Shown one piece after another: positions 47,361-49,090 of a DNA stretch of 49,090 nucleotides. This stretch comes from Octopus bimaculoides. Lineage: Eukaryota. The notes under the pieces are model-generated. The model ran no database searches and had not been told where the DNA came from. It worked only from the letters and a program-made list of their open reading frames with translations. Location: assembly GCF_001194135.2 (NCBI RefSeq), contig NC_069006.1:23251234-23300323 (forward strand), written 5' to 3'. Positions within the stretch are counted from its first letter, which is position 1. Each line of letters opens with the position of its first letter. A program made the translations under genes and the position numbers.

Positions 47361-48290
47361 GATGTTGATACAGAGCAGAAAACAAGGCATTTGTGGCTGA
47401 GAAGTTCAGGACTGAAAATAGATAGAAAAGGAACCATATAGAATTCAAGGTTTGGCATAAGGTCAGCAATTTCGGGGGAGGAGTGAAGTCAATTACGTTG
47501 ACCCCAGTGTTCAACTGGTACTTATTTTGTTGATCTCGAAAGGATGAAAGGCAAAGACGACTTGGGTTGAATTTGAACTCAGAACGTGAAAACAGAAGAA
47601 ATGCCGCGAAGCATTTTTGCCCGGTGCTCATGACGACTCTGCCAGCTCGCTGCCTTGCGAAGGATTCGCAATGGCAGTACAAAATGGCAGTACAAAATCA
47701 AAGTTTGTTTATCAGAAACTACCAAATCCATGTCTTCAAAATGCAGGTACTACGACCAGTTTTAGGAAACAATAGACCAACTCATCTCAGTTTGTCCGGT
47801 ATTGGCACCAAATAAGCATAAGTTTCGTCATGCCGGAGTAGGCCAGTGGTTATACTGGAAAATATCCAACCATCGCAAAATATAAATAGTTATCAAATAA
47901 TATATAACGAACCTAAGGAAGGAAATAATGTAACATCACTTTGAGATTTCCTAATTAATACAGATTGGACAATTAAAGAAAATAGAGCAGATATCATGCT
48001 CAAGAACAACAAAGATAAGACCAGAAAATCAAGTGATAGGCGGATAACATCAGATAAAAATATATCGCTGAAAGGATTTGAAAAACTCAGCAAATATATA
48101 GAGATAGAAAGATTGAAAAGCCAACCGTGTCGAATGGCGGTAGTGCGAAGCTCAGAGTAACGCTCATGTAAAAATCTCAATAATCTACTCCCTATCAGTG
48201 GACAAGCCGCTCCTCCACCATCTAATACAGTCCCATTTTCACGGAACTTCTATATTTACGACAGACTAATATCCAGAATATGAATAGTAT
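47361..48290 (+). pseudogene. Decayed R4/Dong-clade non-LTR retrotransposon C-terminal region (CCHC plus RLE), interrupted by a SINE
   Basis: Ordered motifs LWLRSSGLK | EGFAMAVQNQSLFIRNYQ, KCRYYDQF*ETIDQLISVCPVLAP...RHAGVGQWLYWKI, TSL*DFLINTDWTIKENRADIMLK, DKNISLKGFEKLSKY. Confidence 0.85.
47441..47656 (-). mobile_element. SINE family B copy inserted in the R4-type element
   Basis: Full head (rc of gactctgccagctcgctgcctt), B box, central domain and tail. Confidence 0.9.
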
Positions 48291-48717
48291 TTATGTATGA
48301 CATAAGCGCTTAAGACTTTTTAACATCAGTTGCACGCGGAAATTTTACAAAATACAATATGCTAAATATATTAATATACTAAATATAAATGAATAAATAT
48401 CCTTCTTCATTTACATTAAACTGAAATTAATTAATCAACCCAAACACGAACAGCTATTCTATACAGCGACTAGAAATATTTCTCTCATTGTATTCTAGTT
48501 TTCTTATTCATATTCAAATTAGTTATAAATTATATTTTTATTTTCAGTAAGTCATCTAGAAGTGTTTCGTAGATTTTTCATCATGTTCTTTACAATAATA
48601 ACAAGCTACAGAATTGCAAGACAGTACGATGTGGCTTCGTCTACAGCCTAACGGTAAGTGTTGCTGGCTACACTACTTTACCAATCCAGTGTGTTTGTTT
48701 ATTCACGTAACATGGCA

Positions 48718-48878
48718 CAAGCTTGGGTCTGTGGTTAAAGCGTTTGCTTCGCAACCATGCAAGTTTCGGGTTCAGTCTCAGTGGGTGGCACTTTTTCCAA
48801 GTGTTTTCTTTTATAGCCCCGATCATACTATTAATGCCTTGTGAGTGTATTTAGTAGACATAAACTGTGTAGGAACCC
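48718..48878 (+). mobile_element. Diverged SINE family A, 5' half
   Basis: ctgtggttaaagcgtttgcttcgcaacc...gggttcagtctcagtgggtggcac...gccttgtgagtgtatttagtagac. Confidence 0.75.
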
Positions 48879-49090
48879 TAACGATGGGACTTGCTCTAAA
48901 CCCAAATGACTGGTTTACGCTCTGAAAACAAACTTCTCACCACACAGCCCAACCTGCGCCTATTTATTTGGCTGTTATGTCTAGCATGCCAAACAACCAT
49001 GTAGAGGCTCGCTTCAAGTCCGTTGCATCCACCTTCAGTCTCGTAAATCTCACGTTGGAGAGGAGGTACGATTATGAAAAAAAAAAAAAA

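Noticed and set aside
13-49090. Numerous ORFs rich in YI/CV/HT/SL/poly-I/poly-D and ORFs spanning X runs
   Set aside because: They are translations of di-, tri- and tetranucleotide microsatellites or of N-gaps, with no domain content.

Overview
Eukaryotic, microsatellite-saturated draft-assembly DNA with about 18 N-gaps. The SINE repertoire and repeat style point to an octopus/coleoid cephalopod genome (inference from recalled repeat families, not verified). No complete protein-coding gene, rRNA, tRNA gene or CRISPR array is supportable. Almost all long ORFs in the track are translations of (TA)n/(CA)n/(CATA)n/(CAT)n repeats or gaps. The unique sequence is a graveyard of mobile elements: at least four SINE families (about 30 copies); non-LTR retrotransposon remnants (two R4/Dong-type RLE elements, L1/Tx1, RTE, Penelope-like); and DNA transposon remnants (DD37D maT-type, Tc1, Tigger/pogo, mariner MITEs, hAT). 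The best leads are: (1) a minimal type-I hammerhead-ribozyme variant in a Penelope-like terminus (43230-43266, minus); (2) an orphan heat-shock-type promoter with a perfect HSE, TATA and Inr at canonical spacing (1220-1278); (3) a close inverted SINE pair able to form about 165 bp of dsRNA (44176-44778); (4) an R4/Dong element sitting inside a (TAA)n microsatellite; (5) an intact two-finger C2H2 ORF cut by a gap. I do not see firm evidence for a wholly new biological system. All protein-family calls come from manual translation and motif recognition and need database confirmation. Boundaries of decayed elements are approximate.
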